The notes beneath the pieces are model-generated. The model worked only from the letters and a program-made list of their open reading frames with translations, had not been told where the DNA came from and did not search any database. The translations under genes and the position numbers were made by a program. This document shows, one piece after another, positions 1 to 12,645 of a DNA stretch of 64,000 nt. Source of the DNA: Vicugna vicugna (lineage: Eukaryota); NCBI GenBank assembly GCA_013265495.1, contig MU059403.1, forward strand, positions 1,564,960 through 1,628,959, written 5' to 3'. The first letter of the stretch is position 1; every line of letters begins with the position of its first letter.

Positions 1-236
1 GATCTTTTCCAAAAAGACTCGAGGGACCTCGTGATGACGAACTCTGCAGGCGTGGCCAGGCCGTCGGGGGTCCCGTGCTGGAGGCCGGCTGGCTGCGGTC
101 CCATCCCCGGGCCTCAGAGATGACTGTTGGTCAGGGTCAGGGGGATGTAGGGCTGGCGGGTTCAGGGCCCTGTTCACAGTGACTCACCCGCACTGACCCT
201 CTGTTCCCCACCCGGTGCAGTGGGTGGGCAAGTCAC

Positions 237-291
237 CCCCATGTTGCAGAGGAGGACATCGGGGCCTATTTGATGAAGTGCCCAGGGTCAC
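237..291 (-). mobile_element. MIR core fragment
   Basis: cccatgttgcagaggaggacatcggggcc...gaagtgcccagggtcac resembles the reverse MIR core (cccattttacagatgaggaaactgaggc...cttgcccaaggtcac, recalled). Confidence 0.4.
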
Positions 292-942
292 TCCACTGGC
301 TGCCTGGCGGGTGGGCTCCTGACGTGAGGGATGGGACGGGACGGGACGATGCCGTCAGCTCGGGTTTTGTGAGTGAGACATTCAGGCCAAGGGCGTGAGC
401 CTGGCTGACCTCACTCCAGGAGAGGCTGCAGAGTCCGCCGGGGCCTGGAACGTGGAATCTGGGTCAGAGGCAGGAAGCACAGGCCGGGACAGCCTGGCCG
501 GGAGCCTCCTGCGGCACCTGCGGGGCGAGGTCCCCCCGCGGGTACTTAGAAGATGCGTTCCTGGAATTCGGCGTGTGTAGGCCGACCTGGTGGGGGGTGG
601 GGGCTGGTGAGAGGCGATCTGGGCACCGCGGGGCCTGGGCCCTGGGCTGGGGGGTCTTTGCAGCTCAGGGAGAGCCCAGGGGTTGTCCCCGTGGGAACCC
701 TGAGTCGGGGGGGTGTCACTGGGTGTTCGTCCCCGGCTTTCCTTCCCTCCTCTCTGACTCACACGCCTCTTTCGACAGCAGGTGTTTGGCTTTTATTATC
801 TTGGTTGAGCCGTGATTCTCTCCCTGAGATTTTGAACTCTTTCTAGACCCTTTGAAGATAACTTTTAATTAATTGTAAATAAGATAAAATTGACTTTGAT
901 TGACTGACGCCGTGGAAGATTTTCCCAGGTGCACCCCATCCG

Positions 943-1245
943 CCTCAGACGTACAGGCTACAGTCACACGGTGATTAAACGGGGGGGGGGTGGAGGGAAA
1001 CGGGAGTCTGGGGTTTGCAGATGCTAACTGCTGCGCACAAAGTAAACAGCAAGGCCCTGCTGCGGAGCGCAGGGAGGCACGGCGCTATCTCGTGGTGAGG
1101 AGTAACCTGTAATGAAAGAGAGTATGAGGAGGAACACAGGTATGTGCGTGTATGGCTGGGACACCATGCTGTCCGCCAGCGAGGGCACAGCATTGCAAGT
1201 GGGCTGTACTTCAGTTAAATAAAGGAAGTATACATAAAAAAAAGT
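943..1245 (+). mobile_element. L1 3'-end fragment, strongly GC-shifted
   Basis: Collinear with the L1 3' end at 56522-56787 (ggg...tttgcagat-ctaact...cagggaa...gtaacct-taatgaaa...cattg-aa...tacttca-ttaaa), followed by an A-rich tail. Confidence 0.8.
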
Positions 1246-4200
1246 ACTTGAGACCCACGCAGTTAGCAACCCAGGACTCCTTAAGTGAAATTGACCTCAA
1301 ACGCCAGCCTCCAAGCGGCTGTCTGGAAGAAATGACGGGCTATCCTTAGGGGGCCAGGGAGGTAGAGGAGCTTTTAGGGGTCAGTTCAGTCCCTTCATTT
1401 TGTAAGGAGAAAGCGGAGCCCCGGGAGCCAGGGGCAGCCAGGTGCGCAGCCCAGGTGTTGGCACTCAGCGTCACCAACCCTCCGCCTTCCTGCTTTGCTG
1501 GCTGGAGGTTGAAAGTGAAATTTAGTGCCAGGTTTTAACCAAAACCAAATATGAATTCAGCATCCAAATCGTCCTGGTATCTTCATTATTATATAAAACT
1601 GATTTTGGTGGAAACACGTTACACACACAATGAATGGCACGACTCCTTAAAATTAACGAGCGACAGTAACGTCAGTGCCACCGTGGTGTCTCTTTGGCTT
1701 CCATGTGAGTTCATGGTGAGGCAGCGGTCTGTGCACTGTGAGCGTGAGGAGGGCGACGTGTCTCCGAGGCGCCGGGCCTTGTTATGAGGGGTTTGGCTCA
1801 CAAGATAAGCAGAACTGAACCTCTTCCCCCTGCGGTACTGGGCGCGCTGTGAATTTCTGGGGAACCACTTTTGAGATCTTGGGCACTTTGTAGAGAACAC
1901 ATGAAAACGCACTATGCAGGATGCTTTTGGGCGTCTCCCTTTTGGGGCAGTTAAGGTTCAATACTGTGGCTCTTCATTTGGCTGCTGTGTTGAGTGTCGA
2001 CTGCCTTCCTTTAAGATTCAGTGAGACCCTGCCGCTGAGCTCCAGGGCAGCAGGAAGCATTTGGGACGTGAGCTAAAATCTTCGCTGCAGCAGCACTTTG
2101 GATGTGGTGGAGCCTTGCGTCATTAAAGCTGTAGAATTTCTCTCTCCACGGAGACTACAGTTCTCAGTGTTCAGGCTGGTAGCTCAGCGGGGGCCAGGGA
2201 GAAGCGAGGCAGGCGTCGCCACTGCTGAGCCGTTACAGGTGTCAGGTGCTGCTGCTCGAAGCCGTGGTGTTCTAGGTCCAGGATGTGCGGGGCATCGAGG
2301 TGATACTCGGTTCCTCAGCATCGGGGTCCCCCCGGCTGCCACCCACTGCTCTCTCTTCCCCTTTGGCACAGCTTCACGCACAGGCACCTCCCTGGTAGTT
2401 CTTGCCCCGTCAGCACAGAGGCCTGAGCTGTGCCCTTCCCCCACCCACGAGTCCTCTGATCTCCCCCAAAACCTGTGGGCACGTCTTTGTTGCCTGAGTG
2501 ACTCGGGTCCCCAGAGCCCCCCAGTGTAGCCTGCTTCCTGGGTAGCGGAGGGGTCTGGCCAAGAAGTGTAATGAGGTTTGTGCTGACTTCCGACAGGTCT
2601 TCCCCGGGGAAGCTGGGCTTTTGTGACGAGTCGTGAACATGCTGGTGTCTGCAGACTGAATGGCCCCTTCCTGTGAGGCGTGGCCTCCTCTGCCCAGGTG
2701 CCTCCCAGGTGGCCTTGGTGTCCGGTTTTCAGGGCTCCCCCGTCTCTCTGCTCGGGCAGTGGCCTCTGTCCTCCCTCCCAGCGGGGCCCTCGTGGCCCAG
2801 TCCTCATCCCCCACCGTTTCAGAGCCCCGTCCAGTCACAGCACTGGACGTGCATGAGGCTCCCACTGGTGTTTCCCGAGGGGACTCTGATAACGGACTCC
2901 AACGACCCTGGAAAGGTTAGGGAGGAGGGGGGACGGCGGACTCAGAGGATGTGGGAGGAGAAGGCTCGGATGAAGGGCGGTGAGAGCTTGGGGCTGGGCT
3001 GAGCTCAGGTGTCCGCAGGCAGTCATGTCCACTCAGCCTGTGGGCTGCGTGACCCGGTGAGGGGCTGGAAGCAAGAAGTACCCCGGGAAGAGGGCCGGGG
3101 GGCTGGTGGGGAAGCAAGAGGGTCCATGACCTTGGTAACTGCTGGAGATCACCTGTCACCCTGAGGAGCCGTCTAGGGTGAAGCGTCCCCCGCTTACTGG
3201 AGGGTGCTGCTTGAGTCTGGTTCCTGCAGGACAGCAGGGGTGGGCTCGTGGGTCCTTGTGTCTCCGGGGAATCGCCACTCCCTCCCCCTCCCCCAGGTCC
3301 CAGGTCCTCTGTCCTTAAAGCACTCTGCTGACCTAAACCAGAAAATAGGAAATACCGAAGTGCAGGGGGCTGGGATCTGCATGATATTAAGTAATGTGCC
3401 CCCTATCCTGTGTTCACCTTGCGGATAATCTCGCGTTAGTCAGAGGAAGCGTCAGGCCTCGCAGACACCTACAGTTCCAGGCAGCCAGCGTGAAGCAGCT
3501 CAGTATTTGGGGGGCGTAGCTGCTGACCACGTGTGAAGAGTGGTCCCCAGTGACTGAAAGGAAAGAGCCATGGTTCCAAGTGGTTTGGGAGGTTCCTAAA
3601 ACCTGGTAGTCTGGCTCTTCCATTTGGCGCCTGCGGACGGTTGAAAGCATTTGACGTCAGAATATGAAGGAAGCGTAAAGACGCGCGGAAGGAATGTGGC
3701 CCCAGATGGAGGGAAATTGATGATGCGAAGTGAGCTGTCTGGACAAGGAAGATTAAGATGCTTCTGGATAATGTTCTGTGCTCGGGGAAAGCGCCAACCC
3801 CAGCGGTATCTCTCTCCTCACACCTGTCCCGGTGACCTCGGGACACGGCCAGGCAGGCCCCGGGGCGTCATCCTTGGGGGGTGGGGGGCTCCCCAGAGAG
3901 GGTCTGCGAGGTGGAGCCAGGATCTGAGCTGCCGTACCTCAGTTCATCCCCGGGATTTGAGATTGGCTCCCACGTGGATGGCAGCACCGGGCTGGTCCTC
4001 AGTGATTCCTCCTGCATCCCACCCCGCGCGCGGGGCCGCTGTCCCGGGCCGCCTCCAGGAGCGCTACTCTCGTTGGGAGCAATAGCCCCGTTCTCCAGGA
4101 AGGCAGACATCACTTTCTGGGATGATCCAAAAGCAAGCGTTGTGTCGGGCATCATCAGTTTCATGAACATTCAGTTCATGTTTCCCACTGTTTTTTTTCA

Positions 4201-7200
4201 CCATGCTTTCCCTGGCCAGGGTCCAGAACCCAAAGTGTCAGGGCTCATACGATGTTCCCACGAGCCACAGGCAGGCCAGCCTGCAGGCACCCCGTGTCAC
4301 GGACTCTCATATTTTTATTATCAGGTTGCAAGTAGTAGCATTTTGCAGGTTTCCAGCCTTCCCTCAGATTGCACTCGCTGACTTCCCTCTGCGTCACAGA
4401 GGAGGCGTCTCTGGGACAGGACGCAGTGAAGGGAACCACCTGGGAGACACCGGACAGCTTCACAGAGTGTCGGGGAGGGACGTCCAGGCGAGCTCCGTGG
4501 AGGCCGGAGTCCCTTCTGCAGCCAGGACGGGTGGGCTGCAGTCCTGCAGGCCACCCCGACCCCAGGGCCTGTGGTCACGCACTGTCCCGAGGAGGCAGGG
4601 GGCTCCGCAGGCCATGGAAAGCCCGCCCCGCAGCGTGCGCTGCTGCCCCTGGGAGTTGCCCCACCGCCGACCGCGTGTGTCAGCGCTGGCTGTCCCCCTG
4701 TCATGGGAAGGGAACCGACCGGTTTGTCAGTTTCTTGCCGCTTCATTTAATCCACAAAAAAGCAAGCTTTTGGCCAAAGCTTCAACATACTCGTTCGTTT
4801 CTTTCTTTAATAAAAGATGCATTTCCCCCTGGGTGTAAATACTCTCTACTCAGGGAAAAGCGTCATCCGCCCGCAGCTCTCACTTCTGGCGTCTTTTTTT
4901 CCTTTTTCTTTCTCGCGCTTCCTGGCAGAAGGCCAGCCTTTCCTCTCAACCTCTGGACACTTCTGAGTCCCTCCCAGAGCCTCTGGGCTCCCGTGGAGAG
5001 ACTCTGTCCTGTCAAGGCTCAGATGCATGCCGGGACCCCAGGCCCCGTGCTGCTGGCCGTGGCTGAAGGAGGGTGAGTCCTGCCCGTGGACGACTGACCT
5101 CACGGCTTTGTGAGCTTGAAAAGCCATGCTCTTTCCTCACTGCAAGATTCTGGGCTCAAAGGATGCACTTTGTGAAGCCTGATGCACAATGAGATGAAAC
5201 CGAGGTCTGGGGAAGTGGGGAGCCACCTGAAGCCCGAGGCCTGAACTCAGGGCCCGTGGAGTGGGTGGGGAAGGGCGCAGGGCCCCCGGGCAGTGATGGA
5301 GGGAAGGGGGGAGGTGCTGTCTTCGAGGACGAGGGGGCTCTGTTCTCCGCTGCAGGCAGCGAACCAGAGTGTCGAGGAGCAGGTGTGCGTTCTGGGTGCT
5401 GCGCTCACGCGCTGTGTGTGCGTTCGGCTTCTGTCCCGAGGATGGGTTGTCCGCCCCCTGGATGTGGGAGCGTCTGTGGCTGCTTATCGCCGTGTCAGCG
5501 AGGAAAGGGCCCCCCAGCAGGATTGGTCTCGGCCGCTCCCAGTGCGGCGCGCAGGGTCCCCGCGGCCCGGCTGCTCCTCCACGAGCTAGCGCCTCGTCCG
5601 CATGAACGTTGTGCTGGAGCAGCTCCAGCGCAGCCCCGCTGGGAGCTGCTGGCTGCTGCTTGCAGACGCCTTCCTGAGTTTACTCGGAGTTTCCCTGGGG
5701 ACCAAGGACAGTTTTCCTTTCAATACGCTGATCGTGGATTACTCTTAGACTTTTCTTAAACTCAGTGTAACACCAGTTATATGAAAAGATTTCCTGGGAA
5801 TGTCATGAAACTGTAGCAAAATATTGCAAACGCACCTGTATCTCTGAGGAGGCATCGTTACTTTTGTTAATGGACGCATCTCATGAATAATTATCCTCGA
5901 GAGCCACTCCGGGAAGCTTGCAGGCTTGCGCTCTGACACCCTTGTCTCACCCAAGACGCTCCCCGCATCAGCTTCAACAGCAGTGAACGAAATAAGACGT
6001 TGGAGACGAGATGCCCGGTGTACTGACCTGTGCTGTCCAGGCTGATTCACAAAACCTCCAAGACTTTCCCGCCCGGGTCCGGGTCCTGACAGCAGATGCG
6101 GGCCGTGTGAGGTCAGGGCTCTGCCCGTCCTGCGGTGGCTCTGGAAACGCACACTCTATGGGGACAGAAACGCCACTTTTAAAGGATTCTGAATGCTGAT
6201 GCTGACAGTGAAGATTTTAAACTGCAGGACCCATTTCTGCACATAGGCCGTGGCTCTGAAGGGCTGTGTGAGCACTGGAACCCCGTCAGGCAGGTTTACA
6301 CTTGAATCTGCCCTCCTGTGTCTCAGGGAGACCATGGTCGCAGACGACCGTGATCGTGTGAGTTAACCTTTCGCACTGACTGCTGTGAGGCGGTCGGCTG
6401 CCCTTCCCTGCTGGGCCGGCTCCTCCCCCTCTGGGCGGCTTCCGTGGGCTTGGGCTCCTGCCGGTCCAGGACCAGAGTGGGGCCAGGGCCGCCCCCCGGC
6501 TCTTCCCCAGTTGTGGGCTGGCTCTTCTGTCCCTGACTGGTGGTAGAGGGGTCTCTCTCCCCAGATAAGAGCTGTGTCTTCCAGGGTTTGCCTCTGCTCC
6601 GGGTCTCAGTCTCTCGGGAATCCCTGAGCCGTGCCTTCCCCGAGGAGCAAGTTCGGCAGAGTCGACGGTGGTTGGGTTTTGCCAGGGGTAATTGAGCACG
6701 TTTTGTAAACACATCCCGGGTCACTGGTTTATGTAAACAGGAAGGTTTGGTTGGCGGAGTGGAGTTGGAGCAGGAGGAGTCTAGGGATCAGGATTTGAAC
6801 CCAGAAGCGGTTTTGTGTGTCTCGCTGTGCGTAGCTGGTGCCCTGAAGTCAATAAACCAGCAATTCAGAGCATCCTGCAAATTCAGGCCAATACCCGAAG
6901 CCAAACCCCACGCCTCTGTGGCAAGAACACGCAGGGCACGTGGTCCCTACCCGCCTCTCCGGTCCCTGCAGATGACATTTATAAAGACAAAGAGCCTCTA
7001 CCGCAGTACGAGTATTGCCAAGATTTCCAACTTGCAGTCTCATTAGCAGCTTTCTCGTCTCTTCAAGAAAATTGAATGGAAATTTCCAGTTTGTTCAACG
7101 AAATAGTGCTTATGTGTTTTTTCCTTGTCTTTGGGCTGGAAGACTAGATTAGAAACAATAATTTTCTCTAAGCTTCATCTGCTCATAGAAAATACATTCG

Positions 7201-9068
7201 GAATTTTAAATATATTCATTTTCTCAAAATTGGCCTTTCTAAGCAACCGTGTATATGGTTTAGTGCAGAATTTTTCATGGTGTGAATCAGGGCCAAAGTC
7301 CATCAGAACCACCCACCATGCTGGTAAAAATGTGGATTTGCACCCACTCTTGCTGCCCTGAGTCCAGATCTGCAGGGTGGAGACAAAACATGCTCTTTTT
7401 GAAGCAGAATCTCCGGCGATCCTTATGCACAGCAAAGTCTGAGACTCACTGACTTGATGCTGGTTCCATGGAAAGGCTTCTAGAAGTAAGGCTCCCCCTC
7501 GCCCCTGTGGGCGGTGTCTTTTCATGAAGAAAACCTTTCAGTGAACCTGTTTTACCACATCCGTACAGTCAATTGTTTTTAAAAAATCCAAGTTTTAAAC
7601 TTGACCTCCAGTGACATGACGCTGTTCTGTGTTGAGCAGGCTAGCCAAATTTTGAAAAAGGTTTCTGTTCCAGGACCCGATGAAGTGCTTCTCTGACCTT
7701 TTGTTTCTTAATGAAGTCATGGGGAAGTCTGGGTTTTCTCCGTTGCTGTTGAGGCTCTTCTGGGGTCACCTTTACCAAAACGTAAAAAAAAAAGGAAGAA
7801 ACACCCTGTGTGGGCTGCGGGGAGTGCGTTACGTGCACATTCTGCAGCGTCTGCTCAATTTGGTGACACCGACTTCTCCCTTTACACATCAGCCTTAGAC
7901 AGCTTGAAGACAGCGGTGCGCCCCGCGGGCCGGGCCGCGGCCTCGCACCGCGGATGCTGGGTGTGGGCCGCCCCAGCTAACCCCATCTCCCGCCGATCTC
8001 CATGGAAGTTTCCACATCACTGTGACGTTGCCTTGGGGCATCCTGATTTGCCAGGAACAGTACAAGCCTTTGCCAGATTGGATTTTGGATATCCTCCTTC
8101 ATGAAAAGCGGACGCTCGGGCATCGTTCCCTCCAAGGCATGGATGAGGCCAGGCTGCAGGAAGCGGTCGGTGTCTCAGGAACAAAGTCATTTTGCTGCGT
8201 TTCATTCTGCACCGCTGCTGTCGGGGTGGGTGGGGAGGGCCTCGCGTCTTATGCAGCAGGACAGGACTGGGCCGGGGAAGGTGGGGGAGAGCTGTCCTGG
8301 CCTCCGTGCTCTGCCCAACACGGTCTCCTCTCTCCCGAGCACGCCCATGGGCGGGGAGGTGCCTTCAGCGCAGCTGGGCAGCTCTGATTCACGCCCTCAG
8401 ACGCGCTTTAACTCGCCACCGGCGGTTGCCCAAGCCGGGGAGATGCAGTCTTCTGGCGGAGAGTGTTTGTTGTGTGGGCTGTCAGTCTAATCTCGACACC
8501 TCAGTGTGACTAGGAGCCAGATGCTGCCAAGTTCTGGGTGGTGGTGGGGGGAGGTGGCGAGGACCAAGGGCTGTAGGCTGCTGGGGGGGCGCGGGGACGT
8601 GGCCGCACGTCTTTGCTCCAGAGTGGGTGGGGTGGCGAGTCCAGGCCATGCTCGGCGGGTGGCTCCATAGGCGCGGCCCCCTCCTCCCCGACCCACGGTC
8701 TTTGTCCTGTGTCACAGCCCTCCTGGTCCCTTCAGTGGGTCCCTTCAGTGGGTCTGGGGGCTCCGGGCCGACCCCTCTTCTCTCCAAAGTGGGGAAGACG
8801 GCCATTCTCTTGTGCTGCTCTGTCTCTGCCCGAGTGGCCCCGGGTGCCAGAGGACCAAAACGTGTGACTTTGGACGTGCACGGAGCTGCGGTCACGGCCA
8901 GGTGGAAGGCCCACCGCCCGCCACTCAGTGGACAGCAGAGCAGCTGGACGGGGGTCAGCTGCCCGGCCCTGCCCCGGGGGCTGGACGGCGGGGGTGCTGC
9001 CCGACAGCCCTTCATCAGCCCCTGCGATGGGCCATCCTGTGACAAGGAGGGGGTTCCTCCGGGTCCAG

Positions 9069-9189
9069 TGCTGTGTGTGAGTGTGTGCAAAGGTGTGAGT
9101 GCACACCAGCGAGCGTGTGCCTGAGTGACTGTCCAGGTGGTACCACGCACACGCACACACACGCACACATACACACATGCACGCACACA
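9069..9189. repeat. (TG)-rich then (CA)-rich low-complexity tract
   Basis: TG-rich 9069-9127, palindrome GTGGTACCAC at 9137-9146, alternating purine-pyrimidine run 9144-9189. Confidence 0.9.
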
Positions 9190-10745
9190 GCCACCCGCTG
9201 TCCTGGTACACAGGCTGGGCCAGGGTTCAGGTGCCCCGTGCCTTCATCCTGAGGGCCCCACCCCCGCAGACTGGTGGTGTCCTTTTCCCCACGATGCTGG
9301 TGCTGGCCCTGGGACGGGGAAGGCAGGCTCGTGCTGGGCGGTGGGTGGCCTGAGCCCGGCCCATATGCCCAGGTGGACACACGTATCCTGAGTACCCGCT
9401 CTGTCTGTTTGTGCCCCAGGGAGGGTGCAGCTTAAGGGCCCCACAAGACCCTGCATCCTGATTTAGCTGCGGCTCTGGGGCACGTTCTGTGAGCGCGCGC
9501 GGCTTCCTCATTGTGAAACTCCCCCCAGGCTCTGTGGCCGCCACCCTCTCCTGGATTTTGTCCCGGTGCTGCCTGGTCCTCTCCATCCTCCCCTCCAGGC
9601 GCCCTCTCCCATGCCAAGCTCTCTCTGCCCATGCATCTTGTGCCAGGTCGTGGCCCTCTGCCCTCTCCGCACACCCTCGCTCCTCATGATGCCGCTCCAT
9701 CCGTGTCTTTCAACACCATCTGCACCCCAGTGATTTTCACATTTGTCCATCCAGCCAAACTCTAGATGCACGTACAACTGCCCCCTTCATCTCCACGGCC
9801 GAGATGACTGAGCACAGCTGCACAGGTTGCACACTGCACAGCTCTGGGGGCGTCATCTGTATGGGCTGTAGAGGACCGTGACCAGCCCAGGGTGGTGGCA
9901 CAGGAAGTGGCAGCTACTGCTGCTGCTGTTGGGCTTAGAAGATGTGGAGCAAGTGGCAGGGTATCAGCTACATCGCTCCTCAGCCCCTGGGGTGTATTCA
10001 ACTCCTAGCCCGTGGATGTGGGCAGGCTGTGACGACGATTTCACAGCTGTTGGGATGTTTTAAATGGTACTTACTGTCCTGCTGATGACAGAGAAAACTA
10101 GCTTCTAGTCTTAGGACCAAGGTCCCAGATGCATCTTTCAAGAACAAAGAGAAGAGGAGGAGGACGGAGGTGACTAATTTCAGATTCGGTTACTGTGAAT
10201 CGAGCCGACACTTGTGGTCCGGAATTTCGTCAGATGGTTCCTGTTTTAGGATGGAGACTGGAACCAGAGAGGCTGCACCCATCCTGGCTCTGTCACTGGT
10301 GACTTGTTAAATTCTTGTCCCCTCGGTGAACACGATGCTGCTCCCATCAGATCCGGAGACGCTCCAGGGGCGGCATGCGGGGGCGGCGTGCGGGTAAGCC
10401 TCGCACTCTAGGGTCTTCCTTCCTCTCCCCATGGATGTAGAAGGAGGCCACCCGTTTACTTACTACTTCCTGAGACGTCTGCGGAAGGGCTGCCACGTGC
10501 CAGGCACCCCGAGCGATGCCGGATGAAGAGACCCTCTCATTCCACCCCGCCCTGCAGCTCAGGGGGAGGACACCATCTCACCGGCCGGCGGGGGTGCACA
10601 CGAAAGGCTGGTTCTCCAAGAGATCCACAGAAGCCTTGGGGAGGAGACGAGGCATCTGTGGGAAGGAGGCAGGCCGGAGGCTTAGGTTACACCAGGGGCG
10701 GAGGGTGAGGACCACGGGTGGCTGTGGGCGGGCAGCTTGTGTGCG

Positions 10746-11195
10746 AAGGACACGTCAGAGATGCCGTGGTTCGGGTCACCACAATAAAGAGAATCTCGCT
10801 ATAAAGTGAGGCACGCAGAGTTCTGGATTTTCCAGTGCCTGTAGAAGTTATGTTTGTAGTACACTGTCACCTGTTAAGTGGGCAAGGCCGTTGTGTCTGA
10901 AAAGGCAATGTGCACACTTTCATTAAAAATACTTGATGGCTAAAAAGTGCTAACCCTCGCCTGAGCCTCCGGTGAGTCGGTAGCAATACCACCGCGCACG
11001 GGTCACAGGTCGCCATCACAGATGTGGTAACAGTGAAACAGCTAGACATTTTGCAAGGATTACCAAAATGCGACATGGAGACGCAAAATGTGAGGATGTT
11101 GAAAGTGGCTCCGACAGACTTGTTTGACGCCGGTGACCACAAACCTTCCGTTTGTAGAAGCCGCAGTCTGCGCAGCACAGTGGGACCAGGTGGGC
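10746..11195 (-). mobile_element. Tigger1 internal-deletion derivative (Tigger1a-like, TcMar DNA transposon)
   Basis: Left part matches one recalled Tigger1 end (caccacaataaag...aagttatgttt...aaaaatact...tgagcctc). Right part matches the reverse of the other end (ttaccaaaatgcgacatggagac...gacttg...ccacaaaccttc...tttgta). The transposase ORF is absent. Confidence 0.8.
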
Positions 11196-12189
11196 CGGCT
11201 CTGACCAGAGGCGGGGGCTGCAGGCGGGAGGGGGCGGGCTGGGGCTGTCGGCGTGGCCGGGCCCCTCCCAGCATTTGGACGTCATCTGTGGTGGGGCTGG
11301 TACCCTTGACAAGGTGGACACAGGAGGAGGGGCGGCTGGGGACAAAGCGACCTTGAGGTATCTTGAGACACAATGACTAGTGTCTGCTGAGTGACTGTGG
11401 CGGGGGTGGTTCTGTGTCATTAACAGTCTCAGCCGTGCCCTGGAGAAGGCATGGCTGTCCCGGTTCACAGGTGCAGAGGGGCACACAGGTGCAAAGGGAC
11501 AGACCCAGGACTTTACTCCAGGTGTTTCTGATCCAGGCTCTTCTACTCTGTTTTTAGTCTCCTAAACTGTGCAGAGCGTGGCTGGAAATACAGAAGAGGG
11601 TCTTGGCCACACTTCAGATTTGGGGGGGTCAAACAGTCAGGATGGAAATATGTTTTTAGCCCACGATTTTCATTACGTATATTCAGCCACTCGTTAGATG
11701 AGAAGGTGGTGTCCAGACTCCTTCCAGAGGACGTGGGGCGCATCCTCTGCTTTCGCTGGTGTTTGGAGGACTTGCTTTCTGCTATTGCTTTTAAAAAGTC
11801 ATGTTTTTAAAAAAATTTACTGTTGATACTTGGGTTTTTGGGTGGTGGATGTAGAGTTACACATTTTTTGGTAGGTTTTAAGTGTTTTTAAAAGCAAATG
11901 TGTAAAACATGACTTTTTAAAAAGGAAGTAACTCGAGTTCACTGTTGAAATATTGAGATGAAAGAGCACATGAAGGCAGCGCTGATCCCCTGTGACGCTG
12001 CTGCTCAAAGACTGAGCACGGAGGACACTCTCCAGCACTGGCGCTGGCGCTCTCACATCTGGGGGGGCTGTGCACGTCTGTGCTGGGTATGGGTATCTAT
12101 GTGTCTGTACAGCGTATGTAAAATTGGGCTCATGTTCTACATTTGCATTTTAAATTATTTTATTTAAAATATTTTCTGCATCTTTTGTG

Positions 12190-12645
12190 TGATTCTTTTT
12201 TTAAACTGAAGTATAGTTGATTTACAATGTTGTATTAGTTTCTGGTATATGACGTCGTTGTTCTGTTATACTACATATTTGTTCTTTTTCATTATAGGTT
12301 ATTACAAGCTAGTGAGTGCAGCTCCCTGTGCTGTACTGTAGCACCTTGTTTATCTATTTTGTATATAGTAGTTTGTATCTGCTAATCCCAAATGGTGGAA
12401 TACTACTCAGCCATAAAAAATGAAATAATGCCATTTGCAGCAGCATGGATGCACCTGGAGATCGTCATTCTAAGTGAAGTAAGTCAGACAGAGACAAATA
12501 GCATATGCTACCACTTGTATGTGGAATCTAAAAACACGACACAAAAGAACTTTCTATAAAACAGAAACAGACTCACAGGCATAGAAAACAAACGTATGGT
12601 TACCGGGGGAAAGGTGGGGAGGGATAGATCAGCAGTTTGATTCTT
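12190..12645 (-). mobile_element. 5'-inverted (twin-primed) truncated L1 with 8-bp TSD
   Basis: TGATTCTT at 12190-12197 and 12638-12645. Poly-T then reverse L1 3' end 12203-12392, then a forward L1 ORF2-end/3'UTR piece 12393-12637 (tggaatactactcagccataaaaaa...gccatttgcagc...ctaagtgaagtaagtcag). Confidence 0.9.
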
